Positions 1 to 8,998 of a stretch of DNA of 37,720 nt are shown piece after piece. Each line of letters begins with the position of its first letter. Position 1 is the stretch's first letter. The notes under the pieces were generated by a model. That model made no database searches and had not been told where the DNA came from. It saw only the letters and a list, made by a program, of their open reading frames with translations. Made by a program: the position numbers and the translations under genes. The stretch comes from a virus, in IMG/VR virus record IMGVR_UViG_3300027498_000002. One strand, written 5' to 3'.

Positions 1-127
1 ATTTTGGAAATCATAGACTATAAGCCTTTATTTGGACATACATCAGGAAGACACGAAAAAACTAAATGGGTTACGTTCTTTAAAAAGTAGCGGACTTGAT
101 CTTTCATCTACCCTCCCCCTTAAACTA
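1..127. repeat. Terminal overlap copy 1 (identical to 37594..37720)
   Basis: Direct comparison: nt 1-127 match nt 37594-37720 base for base. 127 is a common de Bruijn k-mer overlap in circular contigs. Confidence 0.95.
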
Positions 128-155
128 GAAGCAGGAATAAATTTTAAATTTAATC

Positions 156-383
156 ATGAATAAAAGATACACAAAAGGAATTGCCTTTGATGGTGCAGCA
201 ATACTAGATAACGGTAAACCAATCACAATAACTGAAATTATAAATAGATTAAACAGGCTTGATTCTATCGAAGGCGATAGACCCAAATCTAATTACTTTG
301 AAAGTAAATATGTTTTATCTGACAAACAACCTACTCCCGATAATACAACTCTACCTCATCCCCTGCCTCCAGCGCCTCACTAA
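156..383 (+). CDS. Hypothetical small protein, last plus-strand ORF. Its 3' end overlaps the convergent 877-aa gene.
   Basis: ATG-initiated 75-aa ORF in AT-rich sequence. The proline-rich tail overlaps the opposite-strand gene end, so the true C-terminus is uncertain. Confidence 0.35.
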   Translation: MNKRYTKGIAFDGAAILDNGKPITITEIINRLNRLDSIEGDRPKSNYFESKYVLSDKQPTPDNTTLPHPLPPAPH

Positions 384-2964
384 ACACTAGCTCACTACCA
401 GCTAATAGAATACTATACTGATTATAGCGCATCGCTGGGACCACCACGCCGTCATTATTCACGTAGCGCATCTTGACACCATTGAGATACAGCTTGATGC
501 GCTTACGCACCAGCACCGCCCCCAGCTCAGCAGGATCAGGCAGGTCAGCCACTGTCACCTGCACCCGATCAGCCGTGACACCTGTCCACTCCTCATAATA
601 CTCAGCCACACCTGAGGGAGTACCCACGCTGCTATCAGCATTATCGGAGGACTGCAGGCGATTGATGCCATCGCTATGTGCATTAGACGTCTGGTCATCC
701 ACCTTGATGTAGGTATTAAGTTCAGGGCCATCATAAGTACCGTTAGTGCTACGCAGATACCACTGGCCTGACAGCTCCCTGCTGCGCGTCTGAAAGGCCC
801 CTTGTATCAGTATGTATTGATCACCAGCGTAGGTGATGTGGCCATAGAGCAGATTATCTACACAGAAGGTACCATTAAAGAGCTTCACGGGCTTGTCCTG
901 GTGTACTGCGCTCTGCTCAGTGAGCCGCTCCTGTAGCGCCTTGCCATCATACAGACCTGGGCGCACCCAGTCTGAGCCGCTCAGCACCGCCACGGCACCA
1001 GGGTCATTATCCTCTACCCACAAGTCAGAGAAGCGCAGGGGCTGGTTATGACTGTAGCTATTGAGCCTATTTTGCACCTGGCTGACGATAGTCTCACTAT
1101 AGTATACATTATCTTCATCATCAGCCGCATTCTCAAAGGTCGATAAGCTCAGCTTTACCAGGTCCCAGCTGAACGTCGGAAACTTTTTAAAGACCGTCTT
1201 GCCAGGGTCAAAGACATCATCCGCGATAGTCTGACTATAGAATACACGAATACTTATCTCCCCCGTGTAGGTGATAGGAGGTAGGGCGAAGTTGATTTTG
1301 AAGTCATACAGCTTACGTGCGTCAGTCTGTACAGGATCACTCACCAGCGTCATGAATAGCCCCGTGTTAAGTTCAGGCTCACTATAGGACACTTCGTCCT
1401 CCACGCCCCCTTGTATCTCATTGAATACATATACATTCTGATTGCCGATACCTACCAGCAAGCCAAATTGGTGCCGGTGGGGGCGGTCGTTCAGTAGGTT
1501 ATAGTCTGGATCCACTAAGCTAATGCCCCTCACCCTGAAGGTAGCGGACAGATACATCAGCTCATCTTGCCAGTCTACCTCTTTTTTCCAAGTGTAGAGA
1601 GGGTCTTCATTAGGAAAGTAAGCCGCTGCGCCTGCTATGATGTTACGCGTACGCAGTCTCGTATAGGCACTGCTGATAGACTTATAGGGAGGGAGGTAGT
1701 CATAATATGATGTGTACAGTATCTGCATGGGCGACTCTGAGAATAGGCCAGACCTGCTACCTATCTTTGAGAATTGACGATTATATGTATTTCGCTGAGG
1801 GAGGCCCGTCACGGGGATCATATGATATGAGCCGTTGCGGTAGGTCAGCTGGGCAGCACAGAGTATCGCTATCTGCTCCAGGCATTCCAGCGCATCGAGC
1901 GTCTCTATAGTCGTAGAGGCTACATTTTTTACAAAGGCATTATACGGGATACCAATATAGGCCTCTGCTGACTGACCGCCCTGACTGGCCTCTGTGTAGG
2001 GTATATCAATACTAAAGAACTCCCCTGAGCCTGTATACTCATCATAAGTGGGTAGCTGCTTCAGGAGGTTAGCACAGTGCTCTATCACGGAGCCGTATAT
2101 GTTTCTCACGCTAGCAGCAGTAGGGATGATGTTCTCAAAGAAGCTCGTCTGCTCCAAGGTCACCTTAAAGGTACCTGTCATCAGTATGCTGAGCTGCACA
2201 AATACCTCATCAGTATCTGATAGGGTAGCCGTAGCGCTCAGATCATGTATGATTCGGGCGTTCTCAGCCTGAGGGGCAGCTCTATTCTCAGCCAGCACCT
2301 CACTATTCCTGTATAGGGTGGTGATGATCAGCCCCGTATTATTGCTGGACTCTACTAGGAGAGACAGGTGGGCGTTAAATCGATACGTTCCAGCCTTTTT
2401 AAACTTACCCTGCGTGACGTAGCCGCCTGGGTCCTCTCCTCCGCTCCATATGTTTATATAGTTATTACTAGTAGTGTAATTATTGATAAATGAATCAGTG
2501 GACAGCAATTTGAATTTACCAACTTTCGCTTGATCAATATAGGACTTGCCTAAAGCCTCCAGGTAGTCTTGCCCTTTGAGCATACTTAGGCCATCGTTAG
2601 CCCCTATCCTGAAGGGGATAGGGTAGGTGATGTTATCTAGTTTGCTCTGGTCTACCTGTATCATGCCAATGAATTCTGTCGCGTTACCATCCTTGACGTG
2701 TAGAAAGAAGCGTTTCTCATTACTCAGCGATAGCTCTATGGCGAATGTTTCTTGATTAGCATCAGACAGCAGTACTGTGAGCTCAGCCGTGGTAGGGATG
2801 ATCCTATTTCTGATGTCCCTGGCCTTACCTCCGTACCGGTACGTCACTTGATCCTGTATGCACAGCTCTGTACTGGCTCCAGTATACTGTTTGTCGTGTA
2901 TCTCTACAGTATAGCTATGCGTATCGTCGTATGACTTGTATGTACCGTGGTATCGTATTGCCAT
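331..2964 (-). CDS. Tail tip / baseplate host-specificity protein (large distal tail protein)
   Basis: 877-aa ORF immediately downstream of the tape measure and last gene of the late operon. An internal segment (about aa 150-280) has a jelly-roll-like alternating pattern (AGTYRFNAHLSLLV ... TLYRNSEVL ... TLSDTDEVFVQLS). Confidence 0.6.
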   Translation of the reverse strand: MAIRYHGTYKSYDDTHSYTVEIHDKQYTGASTELCIQDQVTYRYGGKARDIRNRIIPTTAELTVLLSDANQETFAIELSLSNEKRFFLHVKDGNATEFIGMIQVDQSKLDNITYPIPFRIGANDGLSMLKGQDYLEALGKSYIDQAKVGKFKLLSTDSFINNYTTSNNYINIWSGGEDPGGYVTQGKFKKAGTYRFNAHLSLLVESSNNTGLIITTLYRNSEVLAENRAAPQAENARIIHDLSATATLSDTDEVFVQLSILMTGTFKVTLEQTSFFENIIPTAASVRNIYGSVIEHCANLLKQLPTYDEYTGSGEFFSIDIPYTEASQGGQSAEAYIGIPYNAFVKNVASTTIETLDALECLEQIAILCAAQLTYRNGSYHMIPVTGLPQRNTYNRQFSKIGSRSGLFSESPMQILYTSYYDYLPPYKSISSAYTRLRTRNIIAGAAAYFPNEDPLYTWKKEVDWQDELMYLSATFRVRGISLVDPDYNLLNDRPHRHQFGLLVGIGNQNVYVFNEIQGGVEDEVSYSEPELNTGLFMTLVSDPVQTDARKLYDFKINFALPPITYTGEISIRVFYSQTIADDVFDPGKTVFKKFPTFSWDLVKLSLSTFENAADDEDNVYYSETIVSQVQNRLNSYSHNQPLRFSDLWVEDNDPGAVAVLSGSDWVRPGLYDGKALQERLTEQSAVHQDKPVKLFNGTFCVDNLLYGHITYAGDQYILIQGAFQTRSRELSGQWYLRSTNGTYDGPELNTYIKVDDQTSNAHSDGINRLQSSDNADSSVGTPSGVAEYYEEWTGVTADRVQVTVADLPDPAELGAVLVRKRIKLYLNGVKMRYVNNDGVVVPAMRYNQYSILLAGSELVFSEALEAGDEVELYYRE

Positions 2965-2981
2965 TTATTTTTATTAATTAA

Positions 2982-5048
2982 TCATCCCCTGGCCCTGCCC
3001 AGTAGATTCAGTCCAGCCTCATAGCCTAATACCAGGTCACGCCCATCAAAGCGCACTTCTCCAAACTTGACCTGCATCTCTCCACCGCGCTGGGGGCTGA
3101 GCATAGACATCAGGTCATCATTATTAGTCACGTGCCCCCCTTTATTGAAGTTGATCAGCTCAGGCCCTGCCTCACCCACTAGGGCCAATCCTCCTTGGTA
3201 CGCGCCTCCTTTTTCGAAGGCTGGTATACTGATAGCACTCATAGCTTTGCTGAATAAGGTAGTAGCTGCCAGCCCAGCACCAGCACCCATAGCCAAGTTA
3301 ATTGGAAAGGGAAAGCTAGCCAGCGCACTACTCACAGTAGAGGAGACGCCCTCATATATTTTAGCCTTCACAAATTTCTGGGAGGCCGATAATGCCGCAT
3401 TGGCCATTTTACCGAATGAAGCCCCAGACGACACGGCCATCTGCTTGAAGGTACCAGCTAAGCCTAACACAGCTTGGCCTAAGTCACTAAGTTGCTCAGT
3501 GTCAGGCATGTACTCTGGTATCTTAGATAGGGCGGTACCCATATTCTCTGATTGCACTGTTAACTCTCCCATGGCTGCTGATAGCTCAGCCACAGAGCCT
3601 ACGGAGCGAGCTATCCCTGCTGCTGGATCATCAGATGAGACGGAGCTTACACTTGATACATCGGTACCAGCCTGCCCAGCTCCTGAGGACATGCCTGAGT
3701 AGTCCGGCACTACAGGTACCTTGACTACGGGGATCTGTATATCCGCTGGTGGTTCTAGTGCATCAGGTTTAGATAGCGTATCTGCATAGCCTTTCCTAAA
3801 CGCTTCTCCCAGCCTATTCCCTTCTGACATGGCCAGTTTTAAGGGGTTGGCTTTTACTATACCATCTTTGAATCCCTTTAGTGCGGCCTTAAAGTCTCCA
3901 TCTGCTAATGCCTTAAAGCCATCGATAAAACCGCCTACAGCCTCCTTGATCACTGTGAATACTTCTTTAGCCATGGCCCCGATGCCATTCATCACCGCCC
4001 TGAATCTCTCTGATTTATTATAAGCGACGACCAGACCCCCTACCAGCAGCCCTATCGCACTGATAACCAGCCCTAGTGGATTCATTGACATAACCAGATT
4101 TAGAGCTTTCTGAGCTGCTGCAGCCAGTAGCTGGCTTTTACTCAGTGCCTTATAGGTACCGATCATCGTAGAGGCTAGCCCTGACACTGATGATAAGACC
4201 TTCAGCCCCACGCCCATAGCCGCAGCCAGCCCTGTGAATTTCACTATATTCTGTTGAGTCTGAGCTGATAGACCTGTGAACCACTTAGCCAGGTCAGTCA
4301 CTTTCTGCGCGAGCTGCTGCACGTAGGGTAGTAGTATGGCCCCTATTGACTCTGAGAGGTCGCCCAGTTGGTTTTTTAGTTGCTGCACAGGACCCAGACC
4401 AGTCTTGGATACCGCCTCAGCCGTCCCCCCAAATTGGATCTCTAATTCTTTCATGATGATCCTCTGAGCGTCAGCCTCCCTGCCTGTCTCAACCAGTATC
4501 TTTATCAGCTTTTTCTGCTCGTCTGAGAATTGCACACCAGCCCTAGCTAATGCATTAATTCCCTTTACGGGGTCATTAAGAGCCTTACCCACTTGTAGAG
4601 CTGCTGATTTTAGATCAATATTGAGTTTAGACGCATAGTCGATGACATTTTGCTGCGCCTCATCGAATACGTCGCCTTGGATCTTGACGAAGGTGAGCAG
4701 TGGTGAGGTGACATTTTCTAGAATGTCTTCATCACCGTACAGGCTTTTAGTTTGTAGCTGTGCGGCCAGCTCCTGTAGCTCTTTTGAGGTTTTGCCGACT
4801 GCGTTACCTGTTGACTGCAGTCCCGTCTCTATTTTCGCTATAGCTTTTTGCTGTGCATCAAAATTCTTGAGGGATACCGCACCTAATGCCACGAAGGGCA
4901 GCGTGATATTTTGATTGATCGAGTTAGCCAGCTTTCCCGTTGTCCTGGAAAATTTATTAAGCCGCTTCTGGGCTGCAGATAGTGTGTCATTAAGTGCCTT
5001 AGCACTGGCCCCTATCTTTACATTCAGTTCTGCTAGTGTCTTACCCAT
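2982..5048 (-). CDS. Tail tape measure protein
   Basis: 688 aa, alpha-helical and Ala/Gly/Leu-rich, with central hydrophobic segments (LGLVISAIGLLVGGLVVAY). Sits directly after the chaperone pair. The N-terminal region resembles the TP901-type TMP core. Confidence 0.85.
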   Translation of the reverse strand: MGKTLAELNVKIGASAKALNDTLSAAQKRLNKFSRTTGKLANSINQNITLPFVALGAVSLKNFDAQQKAIAKIETGLQSTGNAVGKTSKELQELAAQLQTKSLYGDEDILENVTSPLLTFVKIQGDVFDEAQQNVIDYASKLNIDLKSAALQVGKALNDPVKGINALARAGVQFSDEQKKLIKILVETGREADAQRIIMKELEIQFGGTAEAVSKTGLGPVQQLKNQLGDLSESIGAILLPYVQQLAQKVTDLAKWFTGLSAQTQQNIVKFTGLAAAMGVGLKVLSSVSGLASTMIGTYKALSKSQLLAAAAQKALNLVMSMNPLGLVISAIGLLVGGLVVAYNKSERFRAVMNGIGAMAKEVFTVIKEAVGGFIDGFKALADGDFKAALKGFKDGIVKANPLKLAMSEGNRLGEAFRKGYADTLSKPDALEPPADIQIPVVKVPVVPDYSGMSSGAGQAGTDVSSVSSVSSDDPAAGIARSVGSVAELSAAMGELTVQSENMGTALSKIPEYMPDTEQLSDLGQAVLGLAGTFKQMAVSSGASFGKMANAALSASQKFVKAKIYEGVSSTVSSALASFPFPINLAMGAGAGLAATTLFSKAMSAISIPAFEKGGAYQGGLALVGEAGPELINFNKGGHVTNNDDLMSMLSPQRGGEMQVKFGEVRFDGRDLVLGYEAGLNLLGRARG

Positions 5049-5394
5049 CAGTCATTTTTATTTTATAAGCAGTATTATCGCGCTTATTGATTCGGTCTAA
5101 CATCGCCTTTACCTCAGCTCTGCTCTGCCGTTTTTCCTGCTGAGATCCCATCTCCTCCCAGGGGAACTTTAAGATATCGGCTGGCTTCATGCGCCTACCT
5201 TTCTTTTGATGAGGCAATAAGCTGATATAACCTATCCAGCGTGTACGCTCCCATGCCTGCTGGTATTGCTCAGTTTCTTTTTTCCTGTATGCGCTGACGA
5301 TCAGGTGATACTCCTTAAGAGTCAGTTCATTATATTCTAATATGGAGCGGCCCATCTCTCCACAGAATAGGCCGACCATATCATCAAAGGTCAA
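5041..5394 (-). CDS. Tail assembly chaperone, -1 frameshift extension (T part of a G/GT pair)
   Basis: No ATG at its 5' end (the track start is TTG). The frame stays open in -1 relative to the upstream chaperone ORF, across that ORF's stop and back through the slippery site at 5433..5439. Confidence 0.6.
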   Translation of the reverse strand: MTFDDMVGLFCGEMGRSILEYNELTLKEYHLIVSAYRKKETEQYQQAWERTRWIGYISLLPHQKKGRRMKPADILKFPWEEMGSQQEKRQSRAEVKAMLDRINKRDNTAYKIKMTDG

Positions 5395-5411
5395 AGGTTT
5401 ACTAGGCTGAA

Positions 5412-5774
5412 CTATACCTTTGACCGCTTTAGCTTTTTTCCTTTGTCCGCTTCTGGGAAAAAGAGAAATATCGTCTTACTCACCAGAGCAGTATTCATGC
5501 CGACGTGGTCAGCCAGATCGTCCAGTGACATATCTAGTGTTTTACCCACTCTTCTGGCTCCATACTCTAGCATGAAGTGTAGTAGCCTGAGCGTATTACC
5601 GATTGAATTCAGATAAGTCTCCCAATCTTCCATTTTGATAGATTCCCTTAGCTGGTATTCTTCTAGTGCGATCAGATTCAGCGATACAGGATACTTTTTC
5701 CCTCCTAGGAGTATTGTATGTTTTACCATCTCATTTTTGATTTTATTCGTAATGATTAATTGAATTGTGCGCAT
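5412..5774 (-). CDS. Tail assembly chaperone (G-like)
   Basis: 120-aa ORF between the major tail protein and the tape measure. Carries the slippery heptamer near its 3' end. Confidence 0.65.
   Translation of the reverse strand: MRTIQLIITNKIKNEMVKHTILLGGKKYPVSLNLIALEEYQLRESIKMEDWETYLNSIGNTLRLLHFMLEYGARRVGKTLDMSLDDLADHVGMNTALVSKTIFLFFPEADKGKKLKRSKV
5433..5439 (-). promoter_or_regulatory. Programmed -1 ribosomal frameshift slippery heptamer A_AAA_AAG
   Basis: The minus strand reads GGA AAA AAG in the zero frame of 5412..5774. The heptamer is in correct X_XXY_YYZ register 6 codons before the stop, and the -1 frame runs uninterrupted into 5041..5394. Confidence 0.65.
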
Positions 5775-5854
5775 GAAGGGTGGACAGCAGGCATCATCCT
5801 CTTAAAACTACCTGCCGCCACCTTCATACGAACAAAATCTACATCTTTATATCT

Positions 5855-6289
5855 CTATGCATTGAAGCCTTTCACAGGTACACCTATACCTTGAAATGAG
5901 ACACTATAAGTGACATTCTCACCTGCACCTCCTGATGAGCTGATAGGGACTGAGGATATCAGCGCATCGCCCTCCCAGTAGCTGTCACCGCTCTCATCTG
6001 TGCCAAACCTGATAACCAACTTAGTGCCTGCTATTATCAAGTCTAAGAAGTCCACACCACCTAGTACTGCGTCAAATGCGAATAGTCCGGATGCGCTCCC
6101 AGTCCAGCGGATGGTAGAGGGCTTATAATCTACTCCACCGCCTGTGTCCTTGCAGAGAATCTCTCTAAGGTCGCTTGATACCTCCAGCTGAGCATCAGTA
6201 GCACAGCCTATAGCTACCTTAGTACCTGCCCCCCCCGTTACATCTACGAATAAGGTCAAGTCTTTTACGTCTACTACTCCTTGAGTCAT
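5855..6289 (-). CDS. Major tail protein
   Basis: 144 aa, Gly/Ser/Thr-rich and beta-like, immediately upstream of the chaperone pair. The call is by position. Confidence 0.6.
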   Translation of the reverse strand: MTQGVVDVKDLTLFVDVTGGAGTKVAIGCATDAQLEVSSDLREILCKDTGGGVDYKPSTIRWTGSASGLFAFDAVLGGVDFLDLIIAGTKLVIRFGTDESGDSYWEGDALISSVPISSSGGAGENVTYSVSFQGIGVPVKGFNA

Positions 6290-6315
6290 ATTTTTTAGGT
6301 TTTTTTATTTATAAT

Positions 6316-6645
6316 CTATCTTTTCCTGCGTAGGTAGTGCTCAGTCATGCCCTTTATCTCCTTCAGGCGATTAGACACGATGAGCTGGTGTATCTCCTTC
6401 AGCTTCTCCACGTACTGAGGGTAGTCACCATAATCATGGTGATCCTTTCTGCACAGTGCCATCAGATTGCTGATGTGGTCACGCTCTACATTCTTAGTCC
6501 CTCCCATACCCCTATTTATGATGTGGTGGATGTCTACCGCCATCTTGCCGCATATCTCACAGGGCACGAATTCTGTTACACCATGGTTATCATAAGCGTA
6601 GCGCATGAAGTCTAGATATACCCGTGTATGCCTCCTCACCTGCAC
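6316..6645 (-). CDS. HNH endonuclease (free-standing, inside the tail module)
   Basis: Motifs CEICG ... DIHHI ... NLMALCRKDHH, the typical HNH/zinc arrangement. 109 aa. Confidence 0.8.
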   Translation of the reverse strand: MQVRRHTRVYLDFMRYAYDNHGVTEFVPCEICGKMAVDIHHIINRGMGGTKNVERDHISNLMALCRKDHHDYGDYPQYVEKLKEIHQLIVSNRLKEIKGMTEHYLRRKR

Positions 6646-6648
6646 CCT

Positions 6649-6840
6649 TTACTCAGCTGCTTTTTTCTTCTTCTTCTCTACCTTCACCAGAGGAGCTGGC
6701 CAGTTAGGCCACACGGTCACCTTGTCCCCGTAGTCCTCTTTTATCTTACCGACGCTGTCCGGACTAGCCCTCAATAACCGCCCTTTGTCCAGTGTCGCTC
6801 CGGTATACCAGACTATCTTTTCTTCTACTAGTATTCTCAT
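6649..6840 (-). CDS. Hypothetical protein
   Basis: 63-aa ORF, translationally coupled (overlaps the upstream gene by 4 nt), with a lysine-rich tail. Confidence 0.4.
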   Translation of the reverse strand: MRILVEEKIVWYTGATLDKGRLLRASPDSVGKIKEDYGDKVTVWPNWPAPLVKVEKKKKKAAE

Positions 6841-7229
6841 ATGATTATTCTGATTTTATAAGTTAGTGGTACCAGGTAGACATTCAGCTCCTGGTCATAT
6901 TGCTCATGATCTTGACCGACGAATGTGATGCTACTCACCTTGATTCCTGATACACTCAGTTTATCCAGGCGATCTAATGACGTACGTATCATCTGTGCTA
7001 TCTCGTCAGCCTGATCTAGGTTATTAGACACACAGTACAGGATGATCATGACATCCTCTATCTTATTACGCGCACCCTTCGTGTTCACTGGCTCTATACG
7101 CTTAGTGAATGCGACAGCTGGATAGTCTTTATTCTGCGCGATAGTGACAGGGTATACTCTTTTGTTTACCGCTGCTACTATATTCGGGCTGTTAGAGAGT
7201 ATGCCGTATATTACTTCGTTATAGTTCAT
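6837..7229 (-). CDS. Tail completion / tail terminator-like protein (DUF3168-like)
   Basis: 130 aa. The N-terminus (IYGILSNSPNIVAAVNKRVYP ... YPAVAF) resembles DUF3168 tail-component proteins. Position after the gp10-like gene fits. Confidence 0.55.
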   Translation of the reverse strand: MNYNEVIYGILSNSPNIVAAVNKRVYPVTIAQNKDYPAVAFTKRIEPVNTKGARNKIEDVMIILYCVSNNLDQADEIAQMIRTSLDRLDKLSVSGIKVSSITFVGQDHEQYDQELNVYLVPLTYKIRIII

Positions 7230-7741
7230 CTGGCAACACTTAATATTCTATTTTTTAATTCTTTGCTTATCTTAGACAGTACCTGGGGCAGGGTGCGCTT
7301 CCATGAGGGAGCTATGAAGGGCGTAGCCTTTTTGTGCTTCGTGGCGAACTCCACCAGGTGCGCGTAGAATCCATCTACTTTACGCCCCTTGAATACTCCT
7401 TGTGCACCCCTCGCGCCCTTTTTTGGACCCACGATGATGCTTTTCTTCAGTCGCCTCAGTGGCAGTGCTCTAATAGACCTACTCAGATTGCCAGGCGTGT
7501 AGGTTGCCACTATCTTACCCATCCCTTTAGGAGCCTTCTTCTTCTTTGAGAGCTTAGGTGTGTTATACCTATGCACATTGCGACGAGCCACAGGAGCGGC
7601 TGATTTTGCAGCCTTAATGAAAGGCTTCGCACCTACTCGCATGATCTTTCTGACTGTCTTGTCATCCAGGCTATTAGCGAGCTCTTTTATCTTCTCATTG
7701 AGCAGCTTTACATCAGCATGATTTATTTCTATAGTGGTCAT
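7226..7741 (-). CDS. HK97 gp10-family head-tail joining protein
   Basis: 171 aa with pattern AKPFIKAAKSAAP ... GNLSRSI ... YAHLVEF and conserved position. Confidence 0.65.
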   Translation of the reverse strand: MTTIEINHADVKLLNEKIKELANSLDDKTVRKIMRVGAKPFIKAAKSAAPVARRNVHRYNTPKLSKKKKAPKGMGKIVATYTPGNLSRSIRALPLRRLKKSIIVGPKKGARGAQGVFKGRKVDGFYAHLVEFATKHKKATPFIAPSWKRTLPQVLSKISKELKNRILSVAR

Positions 7742-8097
7742 TGATGCAGTAATGTTTTGATCATTAGGTACTTCTTTCGCCCCACCTCTGACAGGCCCGT
7801 GATGTCATATCTATTACTTGTCTCATCTAAGATTATCATCTTAGCGTCTATGCCGGGCCTCCACCTGATGTACCATATCACCGTATCCGTTAGCGTCTCT
7901 CGCATAGATTCTAAGTCCTCCGTACTGCTGCCTACAGAGTTCAGGCTGGGTATCATTTTAAAAGCCCATATCTCTACCAGGTCTACATACTCTACTTTCT
8001 CATGCCCTGACAGTGTGCGCTGCTCTACATACTGCTGTATCTTGATTCTCCTGTCAAATGCTGGTATCCTGATATGTGATCTATAGCTATTTTTCAT
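7738..8097 (-). CDS. Head closure / head-tail adaptor protein
   Basis: 119 aa. FDRRIKIQ ... VEIWAF resembles the phage head-closure (SPP1 gp16-like) family. 4-nt overlap coupling. Confidence 0.6.
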   Translation of the reverse strand: MKNSYRSHIRIPAFDRRIKIQQYVEQRTLSGHEKVEYVDLVEIWAFKMIPSLNSVGSSTEDLESMRETLTDTVIWYIRWRPGIDAKMIILDETSNRYDITGLSEVGRKKYLMIKTLLHQ

Positions 8098-8678
8098 CAG
8101 TGATATCGAATATATGATGCGAGTAGATTATCCACCATACTGGGGTGTCGCCTGATGCCATCATAGCGCTCATCATACCAGGTCCGGATCAGCTTTTTTT
8201 GAGCGATGATGACTTTAGCTGGAGTGACCGGATAGCCGCTCTCATATCTCAGAATCACCTTGCCTATACCAGCGTCAGTAATGGGCCAGCTGTACCCCTG
8301 ATTCAGCACTATGATCGTCGTGCTGCCCTGCACATCGGCTTGGTAGCTCTCAGCAGTCATCGTCTCTTCAGTGTTATTATAGATGTAGCTGATGTCTAAC
8401 ATAGCTGAGATGGGGTAGCAAGTGTGAATCGTCTGTCCTCTATATGACGTCTGCACTGGGTGAGGCTCATCAAAAGTATCTCTGTACTCTGTCACCTGTC
8501 GTTTGACAAATAGACGCTTGGTGAACTGCTCAGCATATTCTCTGCTCGCACCTATCAGCTCCTGTATCAGCTCGTCCTCATCACTATAGCCATCCAGCTG
8601 CAGGAATGATTTAGCTTGATCCAATGAGATATGCTCTTTGGCTGGGGTGACAGTCTTGATATCTATGTTATGCCTCAT
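8097..8678 (-). CDS. Head-tail connector (gp6-like)
   Basis: LDQAKSFLQLDGYSDEDELIQELIGASREYAEQFTKR matches the typical gp6-like connector N-terminal motif. Confidence 0.7.
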   Translation of the reverse strand: MRHNIDIKTVTPAKEHISLDQAKSFLQLDGYSDEDELIQELIGASREYAEQFTKRLFVKRQVTEYRDTFDEPHPVQTSYRGQTIHTCYPISAMLDISYIYNNTEETMTAESYQADVQGSTTIIVLNQGYSWPITDAGIGKVILRYESGYPVTPAKVIIAQKKLIRTWYDERYDGIRRHPSMVDNLLASYIRYH

Positions 8679-8682
8679 TAGC

Positions 8683-8916
8683 CTATACCTCAGTGGTGCA
8701 CACTCCAGCTTCCAGCATCGCTTCTAATAGCTCAGGATCAGTGACTTCCATGGTGTCACCGACTCCATAGGCCAGATTAAAAAGCCCGGTAGGACTTCTT
8801 AAAAATTTAACCTTCTTTCCTCCCTTCTTCCGCTTGGCACTCGCAGGAGTCGCTGGTGCACTCTTTTCTACATTCTTGTTTTCTGCCTCTTCCTTTTTCT
8901 TTTTTGCGTCTGCCAT
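8683..8916 (-). CDS. Hypothetical lysine-rich protein downstream of the capsid gene
   Basis: 77-aa ORF with a basic disordered N-terminus, following the capsid gene. Confidence 0.45.
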   Translation of the reverse strand: MADAKKKKEEAENKNVEKSAPATPASAKRKKGGKKVKFLRSPTGLFNLAYGVGDTMEVTDPELLEAMLEAGVCTTEV

Positions 8917-8934
8917 GTTTTCTTTTTAGATAAT

Positions 8935-8969
8935 GATGCTGGGCAGCATCGTCATACTTACCCAGCATC
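8935..8969 (-). other. Stem-loop between the capsid gene and the next gene (possible attenuator)
   Basis: GATGCTGGG (8935..8943) pairs with CCCAGCATC (8961..8969). 9-bp stem, 17-nt loop. Confidence 0.3.
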
Positions 8970-8998
8970 GTGTTATGATAATTTGTCTTCATATGCGA

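Noticed and set aside
1-127. Terminal repeats as LTR/DTR of a mobile element or as att sites
   Set aside because: The exactly 127-nt length, perfect identity and an ORF reading smoothly across the junction fit an assembly overlap of a circle better. A genuine DTR cannot be fully excluded without read-termini data.
3067-3702. Long plus-strand ORFs inside minus-strand structural genes (also 9708..10343, 4642..4914, 13430..13849, 14468..14740, 7757..8086, 6337..6615)
   Set aside because: They lie antisense to ORFs with clear phage protein signatures. Their low-complexity Ser/Pro/Ala-rich translations are typical of shadow frames, and they leave no room for independent expression signals.
8807-8992. 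61-aa minus-strand ORF overlapping 8683..8916
   Set aside because: It is an out-of-frame overlap with a better-placed ORF, and it would have to start inside the capsid-downstream hairpin. Its Arg/Lys/Glu-rich translation comes from an alternative reading of the lysine-rich gene.
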